From contig CAJFCJ010000002.1 in NCBI GenBank assembly GCA_904063045.1, positions 3,715,891 through 3,779,890 on the forward strand: a DNA stretch of 64,000 nt, written 5' to 3'. A program made the position numbers and the translations under genes. Below, piece by piece: positions 35,920 to 49,759 of the stretch. The notes below the pieces were generated by a model. That model ran no database searches. It saw only the letters and a program-made list of their open reading frames with translations, and was not told where the DNA came from. How positions within the stretch are numbered: position 1 is the first letter of the stretch; every line of letters begins with the position of its first letter. The stretch comes from Dimorphilus gyrociliatus (taxonomy: Eukaryota; Animalia; Annelida).

Positions 35920-36510
35920 TTTTATTTTAGCCACCAACTAACGTCCTTGAAGATTGCAGCTCGAAGGTCAAGCTCTGAAGGGGGAAATATAGATGGCGCT
36001 ATCAGTAACAATTTTTCTCGATTTAGCATAAGTAGTGCAAAATTCTTTTTAAAAAATATAAAAGAAAGATAAAATTCCAAAATTATAAATATACGCTTAT
36101 TTGTTGAGCAAATAAACATTTTAAATATCATTCATTGGCCACGAGTGAAGTTATTTCTAGTGAATCACCTTTATGTTATACTATAACTCATACTGCAATG
36201 TTTTGCCATTTGACGGCGCGAAAAATTATTATTATGAAATGAGTATGACTGGCTCTAAACCTAATCTCCTTGTATTTTACAAAGAAATCAAAATACTATT
36301 CTTTCTACTATTAGCAATTTTTACCTGTTGTTTGCCTATGTATGTTATTATTATCATTGTTGTTTTTGCTGTGATGTTGTTGTTTTTTAATTTTTAATAC
36401 GTTTTTGTTTATTTTAAAAATCTAAATATAATAAATAATACTAAGCAGAAATATTTTTAAACTTTAAATATTAATTTGGCTTTCAAACTAATGTTCATTT
36501 ATTATTCTTT

Positions 36511-39500
36511 TTATAAGCCTATTTCTTGTGGATAGCTTCCCATTGTTCTTGTCTTTCTCGTTGTATTTCTCTTTCTCTAAACGCTTCGTCTCTCTTCTTC
36601 ATATCAACTAGATAATTAACTTCATCTCTTAAACTTTGTATTTGAGATTCTAAAGAATCTTCTTCAGTTTTTAAAGACATAGCCCTATTCATAGGGAAAA
36701 AATCGAACCATTCATTTTCTAGCTGTTTTAAATAATTACATTTTTAAGTTATTAACACTTTACAGGAAATTAATAGAAGATTAATAAGAATATTTACTTG
36801 TTCACTGACATACTTTTCCATTGATGTAAAATCGTTAGATCTAGTATCGTCTAGATGGATAAAATAAAATAAATACGTCCATTGATTATGTTCATCTTGA
36901 ATATGATGTTCGAAGCCCTAATTAGGTAAAGGATAGCATATATATACACATATATATTTTATAATGTAGTTTTTAATTTCGATATAAAGACCCCAATATG
37001 ATCTTCGAAATCGTAGCTTGATCTTGAGCATATAAAGCAGTTCTTTTTCATATCTTGATCGATTTTCCACTTTTTAATAAAATGTGTTTTAATTACCGTA
37101 GCTTAAGCATTTAAAGGGCAATAATACGAATGATAAATTTATTATACCTTACTATCTCGCAACTCAGAGAAAGTATCTACAATCACTCCAAAGATTATAT
37201 GTAATCCTATTGTAGTAATAAGTATAAAGAATGTCAAATCGAAGAAAGCTTTTCTCAATCGATACGTAAAAGTTATATCATTTGGGATAACTAACATCTG
37301 TAACAATAAACTGCTTTTAGACATTTTCTTTTCATTTAATAAGATAAAGGAAATTTTATATCCAAAACTTAATAAGTTTCAAAACGTACTTCCTCCTGAG
37401 AAAAAAAAAAACAGAATATTTTATTAGTTAAACAATTCTAGTTAATTAATTTTATAGGCGTACATTAAATATTCCATCAACAAGTCCTCTATGTAAAACG
37501 GAAATAGCACATTCGTATAAAGTATTACAAAAGTGACCATTTTCTCTAAATATCTCCCGAAAGTATGCAAATGAGATTAAAGCGTATATAGATAATATTA
37601 CCATTCCGAATAAGAAAACCCATAATAGAGAATACCCTTATTAAAAGAATATAAAAGAATGAGTATATTTAGGCAGCAAAGAGAAAGGAGAATGTATTAT
37701 TTTTTAATATTTAGCATACCGTTTTTCTGGACAGCCATTATTGTTCTTTTCAAAAGTTGGTTAAATTGTGCTAAATGGAGAAGATGAAAGATGAAAAAGT
37801 AACCATAGAAGTATGTCCCAAGCCAGGAGAAGACGCATATCAATAAATACCACATGGTCTTAAAGGAGAAGAATTTTACCTCTAAATGATTTTTAGCAGG
37901 ATTAAGTTGTTGTTCCAATTCTTCATCTTCTTCTTGTTGATTTGATAATCTACGTAATTGAGCTTGTAAATTTTTAGGACTAAGTTTCTTATTTAAATAT
38001 GATTGAATATTTGGAAAAGTTGGTCTATTTGTTATAAAATATGATATAAGGACACAAGAGGAGAAAAAATTATGCATTCCTCCTAAAACCCAGATAACTT
38101 GCTGTATGCTTGGATATTTTAAACGAGGCTTAATTCCATTATCCAGCGGTTTTTGCCAAGTAATTAACATTATGGAATAAATAATAAATGAGAGGAAAAT
38201 GACTATAGCGTTAAATTCGTACCAATATTTTATAAAGAATCTAGCGAATCTATTTTGATGAACTTTTCTTGTGTATTTTATATTATCTATAATATCTTTA
38301 GTCCATTTTAGGAAATCTCTGAGTTTATTGGTTGGAGTTGATCTATCAACTTCATAGTTAAATTTTTCTATAACGTCCTCCCTGAGAACACTCTGCAATT
38401 ATTTTTATATTAAATACATGTATAAATATAATTTTTGCCTTAAATCTATCACTAACCCGATCTTTAACCCTAAAATAGACTTTTTGAATATTGCCCTTTC
38501 TTACCAATTCTATTGTTGAAGTTCCATTATCATAAAAAGACCATACCTTAAAATCATTTGCTGACTTTAAAATGGATGCTTTCTTTACATAAGATTCTTC
38601 GCTGAGTTCTAAAATTCGACATATTACATGAAAATATTTAAATCCAACAACAATAGCTTCGTTTCTAAGTTCTTCATGCACTACATCATCATTCATTGTT
38701 CTTTTTGTTTTCTTATCGAAAACGTCGCTGTCACTCTCTTTTTGCTGATAGATTAAAATAATAATTTATATAAGGTATAAAATTAAAAATACTTGATAAG
38801 GGAGATTGTCATTTAAAAACCTTATATGCTGCAATCTTATAACATTCTGTACAGATCTTAAAAACTGTTTCCACTTCTAAACTTTCGGCTACATCTTGTT
38901 CAACACCAATACTCTTAGCCTTCTTTCCGTGACCTATCACGTGATTCTCTTCAATCAAAGCAAACAAAAAGAGGGCAATGGTTTTTTTAAGTTCAATAAT
39001 TTCTAATAATAAACAGTCTTGGAGATCGTCCCTTAGAATATAGTTAATATGATCTATAACTTTATTATCAAACACTACCACTTGATTAGCAATATTACCG
39101 GAAGTAAATTCTGTTAAAGTGTTGAACAATTCTGAGACTAGTCCAATGGTATTAGAATTAATAGAAGAATATATAAGCGATAAGAATTTTGTCGTTTCCA
39201 TAACTAAATTAACAGATTTAATATTTTCCGGCTGTTCTCGAAGGAAATCTTGTATCCCCTTATTTTGACCATCACATAGAAGACCTAACATTTTTAAAAC
39301 AAGTTCGATGTAACCGTCATCTTTATATTCGTAATCCTCTTCTCTAAAGTGAAACCATTCAGCAGCTGTTCTCCAAATTTCACCAGAATTCTGTTCAACT
39401 AAACTCTTCCTACTCGTATCTTTGCATCCAATAGGTTCGGCATAGTTCAATAAAGGTTTTTTCGATTCAGAAATTGTTAAACGTCTAACAACCATTGCAG

Positions 39501-42500
39501 CAGTTTTTGTCAACTTTGTAACTGGTTTCAAGAGTGGATAAATGAATTTATGTTCGGATTTTGTTGAAGAATTTTTCTTCTTCATTAATAATTTCCTACG
39601 TTCTTTTCCCCACGCGTCACTGGTCTTTGTCTTTTATATATGTATTAGCCGATTAGCTCCAAAAAGAAATCTATTATATTTTAAGTGACACTTACAGAAA
39701 TACCATTCGATATAAGTTTTTCGTTAGACGATTCAGCTAGTATAGTCTTTTGTATTTCCTGAGAGAAAAGTTAAAATCAGATATGAGCCTTCTATACATT
39801 GTAATTAATAAATAATACAATTTACATTTTCTGACACTTCTCCCTTTTTAATCGATTTTTGCAGTTGGGTTAGTAATTGTACTCTATCGGCAATTTGATC
39901 ACGAATTTGTGATTGTAAAAATCGTCTCTCTTTCGTACAATTAATAGAAATGTGCATCCTACTCTGAATAGCAACGAAAAAAGTTTCTTTTGTTTTATCA
40001 AAATATTGAATAAAAGTATTCTGAATCTCTTTATTAGCGCCAAATAGCATCGCAGCTTGAAATGCAATAACTTCTCTAACAGTTTCATCCCTTTGCTTTG
40101 ACAAGTGGCCTAAGGCTTGACTATGAGCGCCAAATTCCTTTAATGCGTGTTGAATATCTGCGACAGCTTTCAATTGTCTGTGTGTATTTTTGGTTCGTTT
40201 GTTAGTATTATTTTACGGTTTACAAGTGCTAATTGTGTTTATATTTACGATCTATGATCTTTTTGACTCAATTCCCAATTTTTGGGTAATTTAACAATCT
40301 CATTATGAATCAGAGCTCGAAGAATCTGCAAGCATTTTAAATCGAGAGTTTCTTGTTGAACTTTATGTCTCTCAAAAGGAGGACTATAAGACGCCGACAA
40401 CCTTTATAGTGTTTACGGCAATTAGATTAAATAAACCTCTCAGCAATATTAAAAGCATAAAAACAAACTTTAATTGTAATACCAGCTTTTCTGCCATTTG
40501 ATATTTAGCCACCACGTCACTTTCATACTTATTAATAAAAATATCAACAAGGGACTGAAACTCTTTACCAAGAGGAAGCTGCTCGTCACCATCTAATTCC
40601 GTGTATTCTTCAGTAGAATTGAAATTAATTTGGTCCTTTACAGTATTAGGTCCACCGTAAATAACGCTACAATTTATGGTAAAATTTTTCAATTTATCAT
40701 TTAAGTCTGATTCGTCGATTTCAAATAAGAATAAATTCTTTTTTTCGCCTTGATCTTCAATCATCTTAAGTTGTAAAATATAAAATTGAATAATTACTTA
40801 TGTTTTGACAAGTACTAAAGAAAAAGAAAGCAAAGCAAATACAAACAGCTGCTACATCTGTTTCGCGCCAAATTGATGTTCTGTTGTACGTTTTTGAAAA
40901 TTCGACTTGATGTACTGATTCACCACAAATCTCAGGCTTCAACAAAACATCTCCGCATTTTAATATTGCGGTATAATGCTTCTTCTTACGAAGATAAGAT
41001 TTAATCAATAGAGCAAACTCCTAATAAAGAATAATTTTGTAATATATTCTAAATTGAATTGAGTATTACAATAATACCAGAAAAACAACGGCTAAATCCG
41101 AACTTGCTTTCTTTAATTCGGTATCGTAAACGTGAGAAGATTCGTATAAACTCTGTGATTTTAATAGAAATGATAGAAGGATATTAGCTCTTATAAACAG
41201 ATAAGAACAACAGTAATAATTACATGTAAAAATGGTAAAACAGCTTCGAAAATATAATGTAAATTATTTATTTCTTTAGTATTCGGAATCTTTGATTCTG
41301 GTTTAGTTCGCCTATATCTAACATTTGACCTTCTATATAATGTTTTAAATGAAATCAAGAATCTTGATTAAATGTTAATAAATATACCCAGATTTTGTTG
41401 TACGATGAGTTGGCGAGGATCGATGATGTTGATAAAATCTTTATAAAAAGAAAAAAACAACAAATTCTATTTAATTAGAATTAAATAGATCTATTTAATA
41501 TCAAATACATATTTCTAATGTCTGTTAGTAGCGCTGCCTCAATTAATTGGCCATTGTCTTTAATATATATAGATAATTCTTCAAATTCTATTTTCAATGA
41601 TTGAATAAATTTTAAGAAGCCCCTGTAATTTTTGAGATAAATTACGCATGCATTATTTTCAAAGGTAGGCAAAGATATATTTAGGTAGCATCATTATATT
41701 CTTACGGATTACTCATCACTTCTATTTCTAGGTCTGTAGAACTAAATCCAGTGTGCATATAGGCCCAATGGAAAAATCTAAGAAACGGTCGTTTAACGAT
41801 ATTCGAAATGTGCTTATCATTTAAAATATCGAGTAAATGCGGAAAGCTATACAAAGTATGACACATTGACTCTACAGCCTTATTTTCACCTTCGCAACAT
41901 GTTGCTAATAAATCTATTATGGACATAAAATATCGAATTGATTTCTGATCTTTTGACTTTAATATTAGTCTTCTTTCATCAGTTGATTTATTTAAAACTT
42001 CTCCAATCTCTCCAAGATTTTGCATAAAATGTTTAATAACAAAGCTCTGATTCTTTTTTACAGGTAAATTCAACTCTTCTATCTATAAATAGAATAAAAT
42101 ATGACGACAAAAAATTATAACAGATCTTTTATACTTTAATAATAGAAGCTAGTAATTCCATGAATTGAGGAACGTTCGACTTGTGCTTAACAATAAGTTC
42201 AAATATTCTTTTAATGTGTGAATGATTTATCTTCAAACAAGTTTGCTTGTTATTTGTAAAAACTTCTATAAGAGATTCAGCCATTTGACGTTCGGCTCCT
42301 TCAATACTCATTAGCATATTTATCCTTTGGAAGAGTCTCTGTTGAACATTGTTATTTCGAATAGCCATTGCCTAGTTAAATGAATAATTGTCAATTAGTT
42401 CGGCTAATTTATGAGTTTCTGTGTCTAAATATACTTTAATCAACGTAAAAGCCCTTTCAAACACCCTTTTTAAACCACAGTATTGTTTTTTTAATAGACT

Positions 42501-45500
42501 CGTATCCATTTCTTTAGTTAGTATATCAAAAACATCAGAAAGAACACCTATAATAAACAAAATTTTCAGATATGGCCATAAGTAATTTGTAATAAGAACC
42601 ATTAGTATAGAGAATATTTTGATTCACAGTATTTGGTTCTTTCATGTCTTCGTCGCTAATACAATAAGATGCGAATGTTTGAAGTATCTCAATCATTTCA
42701 TTTACTTGTTCATCCACTAATTTTGTTAAAGTAAGCCTATGTATTTTTGGTAATGCTTTTCTTAAGTATTTAACTAATTCGCTGGATTTTTTATTGACAA
42801 TTATCTGAAAATGATTTTCAAGGAGTACTCCTCTTTCGATATGATAATTTTATTAATATGTTGCTTTTTACTTGAGCATGGACGGCTCTGTTAAACAAGT
42901 TTTCATGACTCGAAAAATATCTGTTTAGTATTAGCATACAAGATGCTACCATTTCGGCATATTCGTAATTACAAAGACCTTTCAGAATCTCAACAAGATC
43001 AACTCCTACACCTCTGAAAAAGGCTGACTCTTCAAAAATACTTTTGAGCATCCTTAAAGTAGAATTTATGATCCTATTATTGACATTTTCATCAAAAATA
43101 GTTGATTGTTATCAAAAATTATCAATTTCTTTTAAATTAATATACTCTGGTTTATCTAAGAGATCATCATCTTCATCCATCAATGGTGCATATTCTTCAA
43201 GTCTTTTATAGCGGTTATCATTTCGATATTTCCATAGATAAATTTTGCGAAATTCTTCGACAAACCTCTATAAAATAATGAGCAAAATGGAGTAATTTAT
43301 TATATAAAGTATTGTGTTTCTTTCTTTTTTATTTTATATAATCTAAATATTAACGTAAAGTCTCGTATTAAATCGCTTGTTTAGGAACAATTCAACAATT
43401 TTCATTGCCTCCATTTTGGCATTGACAATTAATTTAGCTTTTGGACTTTGCTTAAACATTTGTCTCCTTAGAAATTCTTCCATTTTCCTTGACATCGGAT
43501 AACCTTTTTAAAAAAAAATGGAAAGCCATGTAAATAAATATCTTCGAGAGAATTATCAACCGTATTTAACCTTCATCACTAGGTTTATCATTTTTTCCAT
43601 TGAGCAAAGCAAGAAGTGGCTTCATTAATAGTTTTACATCTTCAAAAGTTTGATAAAAATGGAACTTAACAAGCCAATAAAGGAGGTGTAGTACCTTGTA
43701 AGGAGAAAAAGATCAAACAAAAAATATCACATTACTTTTACCTTAAATAGATTGACTTTACCTGCTTTATTAGTACGTTTAGAGCCCCAGAATTTAGGTG
43801 CATTACTGCATTTTCTTCAAGAAATTTTGAAATCCATACTTTAAGCTTGAAAAGTAACAAAACTTATATCATACATTTCAATTGAAATGAATAAGCTACT
43901 TCATGCTCTCGTTCTCCTATCTCTACTGTACTATCTCTTGTTTTACCGTAATCATCGTCGAATTCGTTATATAGAAAAGATAATGTTATAAAGTCTAAAT
44001 ATGATTCCCTTGGACTCACATCAATAAACAATACTATAAAAAGTGAGAATAGAAAAATTTAACTTCTTTTATGTTAGCAAACAATCATATTAACCTAAGA
44101 TTAAATAACAATACTTTGCTCTCATGAGATTTGGTAAATCATTATCTTTAAGATAACCAAAGGCTTCATCCCATGTAAGAAACGACAAATCCTTGGTTAT
44201 TACTTTTATTGCGTATTCATTTCTTCCCTTTAAAATAAAAAAAGTGTGAAAAATCAAAGAGTGTTTCAATTGTAATTAAAGTATTCTCACATAGCACAGT
44301 TTCTCAAATAAATCTAATTGATTGATCAAGTACATAAAATCATCGTCGAATCTTGTCTAATGAGAATTAACCGAAAGGAATATAATATTAGGGATCTATT
44401 TAAATATTTACATTATCTATGTCAATAACTTGTCTCTCGATTATTTCCATCTCCTCTTCTGTTATCAGTGGTAATCTTTTCTTAGGAGCATTTTCGTCAA
44501 ACTTTGTTATAAAGTACTCAAATTTACTGTTATCGTGTGACGATTGTTCAGCTTTTAACCTACATAGAGAGCTCTAAAAGATAAAGGACAAAAAATATAT
44601 TATTATTATCATAAACTTTCAAAGAATAGAATCCAATTATTTATATATCATCTATTATAAAAAGTGATATTTAAAAGAAAATGACCTTTGACTCATCAGT
44701 CAACCAGTGACGAACAATATAGGTCTGATTTTCTGGCATAGCAATATCGGAGCATACGCACAGTGAACCCAATAATTGTAAATATTTATAATGCTATTAT
44801 AATAACTCCATTGAAAATTAAACGAAAAGAAACAAAAAACTATACTAAAATAAGATGCCAAACCCTTTTTGTCTTTAGTAAATGAATATATTTATCTATG
44901 TGAGTTTTTACAATACGATCAACGATTTTTCTGTTGTTTTTTAATAGTTGGATTAATACGCTGGTTGCAGACGATCCAATGGGATCCTTTTTTTATGTAA
45001 ATTGTAAGTCTTTATTATGAAAAGTTTTCTATATTTATTAAATACCGGTTTATCCAATTGGTTTTCAAAGAATTCTAAATGCATTGCTAAATAGACGGAA
45101 TTTTGTCTACTTCCTCCTACTAAATATGTCCAAAGTACATCGTAAATTAAAATGAAGGTATTCTGGACATCTCTGTTCGTTGTAGATGAAAATAAGCGAA
45201 TAAAAAATGTGTTATTAAATCATTAGACGACTATTACCCTCTATGATGTCTCTCTTCCGAAATACGAAGAATATCAACTAATAACTCTATTATCTATTTT
45301 GATGTTAAAATTTTCAATTACATTAATAGAAATACAGTGTCTATTATACAGTATGTATGTATAAAACTCTCTACCATAAGACTTCTTAGTAACTTTTGTC
45401 TTTTACCCTGAGGTATACCATTTATCATCATATAATCTCTCATTTCCTTTAAGGAGCTTTGGATATCAAGCATGTATTTAATACTAAGATTTGTTTGATC

Positions 45501-47158
45501 TTTTAACTGAAGAAAGATAAATAAAATGAAAACTAATTAAATAGAATTTTTATATTTATGCTATAATAGAAAATTTTATTGTTAATGACTTTATCTTTAA
45601 GAACTTTTAAGCTTGGAACCATCCCAGCCATAAAATTAAAATTTGCATGATCATCTGGTTTGACTATCTGAAGAGCAAATACATCATCGTATTGTCTTTC
45701 TAGTCTTGCAACAATTTTCTTTAGATTTGTTTTTGATAATACTAAAGACGCCATTAACGATTCAGTTTCGTCAGATCTCTTCCGAGTTTTACTTTCGTAT
45801 GGTGACTGGTCACCGTGAATCCAGGAACCGGATGCGGCGTGTTGAATTCTACAATAATCGTCAGTTTCCACAAAAATTTCTTTTTCATCCTGTTCAATGG
45901 CAGGAAATATTCGAAAAACGCATAGCGCATCTCTACATCCATCCACAGTTAACGAAATTTCTCCTTCATTGCTTAATCTAAGATAGCGTCGCGTACACAT
46001 ATGACGGATTCGACACTGTTGTCCCCATCTAATAAATGAACCGTCAGTAGGGTTTTGTTCCTTTTCAATTTGCCAATAAGTTATTGCATTGGCTGACGGA
46101 AAAATCGATCTTGGTTTCTTGTCAGAAACAGGTCTTACTCTTATATGCACTATCGGATAATAATAAATTATTTTGGACGACATTCCGCACAACGAGGTAT
46201 TTACCATTTTCAGCAACGTCACCTTCCTCATCAAATGTCCCTTCGGCACACAAATAACCTTCGAGCTCCTTATGATAAAATCGAACAACCTGACCAGCCT
46301 GAAAAATTTTATTTATATTTTTGCCTGTTTAGTAATTTAACTAAACCTTTAAATAATCGTCGTGTCTAGGTGGTTTTGAAAATAAGGAAATACAAAATCC
46401 AGACGGCTGAACTGACAAATTCATTTCATACGCCAAATTACGATAAGGTGATGGATTCGTGAAAAATTGTTTTCCATAATGCAAATATTGTCCTGCTGTT
46501 TTTAAAGACTCAAAAACGACTTGATCATTTACTTGAACAATATCTCCTTCTGATTTAATTTTATATTTAGGTAAAATACGAAAATGAGATTGTTTCGCAA
46601 CGTAAGAAACTAAAGATATTGCCATAGAGGATGGTTCAGTTATAGAAGTATTTTTTGTACTCATATGAATATATTTATTAGTAAATATATGACGTAATTG
46701 TACTATTTGACCGTAGAGTAATTTCTTTCCTTTAAGTCTTTTCTTTTCATTATTATTTCCCTCATTCTCCAATTCCATATTTTTCTTAAGAGGTAAAGAG
46801 AACAGATGAAAAACATTTAGGCATATATGTATATATGTATAATCAGAGTTACTCACTCTTTCCTCTTCCATTTTATAATCTCTTTTATCGGCAAGTTCCA
46901 AATTCTTTCTATATATTTTATTCATCTTGTATCTCAAAGAAGGACATATTTCAAAAGTTAGAGCTAACGGTTTTTGGGAAAGTAATAGAAAATTATTATA
47001 AAACACAAGTGCAGAAGTTTAAAAACCGTTAATATCCGGTATTTTCGTAATTCCAATTTTATCTCCGGCGGAGACTGCGACATTAGAGAATGTTGAGCTA
47101 AATAGCCAATTTAAAAGTTAGGTTTTTTATAGTACCTTACTAATTCTTTAAATATATA

Positions 47159-47193
<35 letters not shown>

Positions 47194-47298
47194 TAGATAA
47201 AAGATAGTTCTTCACCTGGATTCAATAGCGTACACGAAACCTTTCATATCCTCATCAAAGAGGCATACAGAATCTCCAATACAAATAGCATCAGTCAT
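36511..47298 (-). CDS. Divergent inositol 1,4,5-trisphosphate receptor-like (ITPR/RyR superfamily) channel, many exons
   Basis: Start MTDAICIGDSVCLFDEDMKGFV; suppressor/MIR motifs CPSLRYKM and LLYGQIVQLRHIFTNKY; RIH-associated LLATCCEGEN and MLGLLCDGQNKGIQDFLREQ. TM6 FFDLTFFILITTIGLHIIFGVIVDTFSELR; Zn motif CFICS...HIQDEHNQWTY. Ends ...EIGL* at 36511. Confidence 0.88.
47163..47191. repeat. (TA)n microsatellite in first intron of the ITPR-like gene
   Basis: Uninterrupted TATATA run. Confidence 0.85.
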
Positions 47299-47602
47299 TG
47301 TCTTACGTCTTAATATTTCCAAGATTCAGAAAAATACAAATAATAGAAGTAGGTAAACATAATTTTCGATATTAGATATGTTTTTTAAATTTAAAAAAAT
47401 AATTTGTTTAAAATATCATTAAAAACAAATTTGATCTATAAAGAGACATAGAGACAGAAAGAGGAAGACGGGAGGAAAGAAAAAAGGGTAAGGGAGAAAG
47501 AAAGAAAGAAAGAAGTCTATTTACTTGTTTAAAACCAAAAACATAAAAGAACTATTATATTTTGCTTATCGTAAATATAGTATATTAAATGTACTATTTA
47601 TC

Positions 47603-48755
47603 TTAAATAAATTTAAATAGAGATATACTTAAAACGGTAAATACAAAAGTGAATATGAAGCGGGATGAAGCTAAGAATTTATCATTCTCTAGCGAATCTT
47701 TATGCTCCTTCGGTGAACTACCAACATCAATTGTTATATTAGTGTATAACTTATTAAATTCTTTGCTGAGAACTTTATAACCGATATCTTTTATGTTGCT
47801 TTGACCATCGTTTAGCCATCTATCTTTCCAACTTGACAATTTATTATACCGTTCTGTGGATCTCTCTCTTTTAGCATGCTTTAACATAATATATCGGCCT
47901 ATAGAAGGGTGAGGCCTATCGATACTATAACCTGAAATCAAAGATAAAATAAAAAGGCTTAGTTACACATATTAAATTAATTTTACCTGCTTCAATCAGT
48001 CTTTCATACATATCATCATCTTCCGCTCCCCATCCCCAGTATTCGTTAGAATAGCCATTAGATTTTATAAGCTGATTATGAGTTAAAGCTAAAACTCCCC
48101 CTGTCAAAGTGTAATATGGTAGTAAAAATCTCATTTCGTCAAGAGCTGGAGAGAGATGTCGCGGATTTTCCCCACAAGAGTATATATTTCTGTTATCCAG
48201 TGGTAGCATATCAACATCATGAAATATAAAACAATCATATTTGTTGTTTTGGTTATCCAAAATCTCTCGTACCCCTGAATTTATCAATTTACCCTTGTTG
48301 AAAATGTCATCGTAGGCTTGATTTAAAACAAATATTGTATAATCTCTTTTTTGCTGCTGCAGCATTTCATGTAACCTCTGAAGTAAGTGTAGAAGCTGAT
48401 GATAACGATCCCTAAAAGGGACAACGATGGCTACACGCTGTGATGGCCTACAGTCAGCGGGTCGAAATGAGCCCCCGTCAGTCACTTGTGGATACATGAA
48501 TTCAATTTTACTCATTTTCAGTTGACGTCGAATGTTTACCTGAATTTCTTGATTCAATACTGGTTTTTGACATTTTAAATACGAATTATCTTGACCCGTA
48601 GCCGATCCTGACACAAAAGTATCTGATAATATTTGAGTAGCTGAGTATCCATATCCCCAATTTCCATACTGAGCTTTGACCAAAACATAGATAGCAATCA
48701 AAATGACGTATAATCCAATAATATGCTCGTTATTAGCATGAATTTTAAAGCACAT
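47603..48755 (-). CDS. GT7 beta-1,4-galactosyl/N-acetylgalactosaminyltransferase (probably GalNAcT), 2 exons
   Basis: RVAIVVPFRDR, FNKGKLIN, CFIFHDVD, PRHLS, GGVLAL, NGYSNEYWGWGAEDDDM, IGRYIMLKH. LPYYTLTGG has Leu at the position of bovine GalT1 Tyr289, which is typical of invertebrate GalNAc-transferases. Confidence 0.9.
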
Positions 48756-48803
48756 GTTTCTTATAAGTACTCATCACAGTGAAAGATTCAAAAATAATTT
48801 AGC

Positions 48804-48815
48804 AATGACGTCATT
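48804..48815. promoter_or_regulatory. Palindromic CRE-like site (AATGACGTCATT) upstream of the GT7 gene
   Basis: Perfect 12-bp palindrome containing TGACGTCA, about 50 nt upstream of the ATG at 48755. Confidence 0.35.
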
Positions 48816-49759
48816 AAGTCATCTATAAAAAAGATTCCGTAGCAGGTCGCTTCTGCTTCCTCAAATCATCAGGCCGGCCATGTAATAGTATTAGGCATAT
48901 TTAAAAAAAATGTACAAAAATAGAGTTTGCACCCTCTTGCCTATTGGCTTATAAGCAAAGGAAGCGGAAGTTTTGACAAAAGGGTGCAAATTCATATTCC
49001 TACTTTAAGAAGTATTTCCCCAAAATGAGAAATTTGTCTAGTGATTAATCTAGGAAGAAAATAGAGCGTATAAAAAAATAGTCTTTATCACAGATAATGA
49101 GTACTAATACATATAAACTTTAGTAAAATTATCTGGATCTTCAAGAAGATATTTTGAAAAGGAAAAAACAAAAAAAGAATTTAATATAATGCTAAAGTTA
49201 TAAGATTTATAGGCTGTGCACAAGTACATATAAGCTACTTAATTCAAAAATTATCCAAATATTTGTATATATTTCTTTAAGAACGTCACAAACAGGCATG
49301 TTTAAATAGAATCAATAGCATGTAGCTCATAGTTATCTGGCTGGCTTTTTGGACTTCCACAGGGTATCTCGTATATTTACATATATAGAAAAAACTGCTG
49401 CAAAAGGACTATTCAATGTCTTCACTTGTTGAATCTGAAATGTACTTGTTAACTACATCTTTTAATATAAAAGCTGTAGTTACTATATAATCTCTATCAT
49501 TACAATTCTAATTGTAACAAAATTCAAGTACATCACATAAATCTTTCTTAGAAGAAGTGTCAACTCTACAGGTCCCAAAAAAATTCACAATAGAAAACTG
49601 CCATATTATGGTAAATTGCAGGTTCAATCAATTTATTAGTGATCTTTAAAAACATTGAAACACATATACAAAGTCCTTCTTTTCTTCATCCTTTTTGCCT
49701 TCTTTAAAAACTATCTTCCTTTTAAAAAAATCATATCTACAAACACCCGGAAAAGGAAA

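Noticed and set aside
48830-48900. TGATGA (C-box-like) on the minus strand upstream of the GT7 gene
   Set aside because: No matching CTGA D-box or terminal stem; more likely 5' UTR or promoter.
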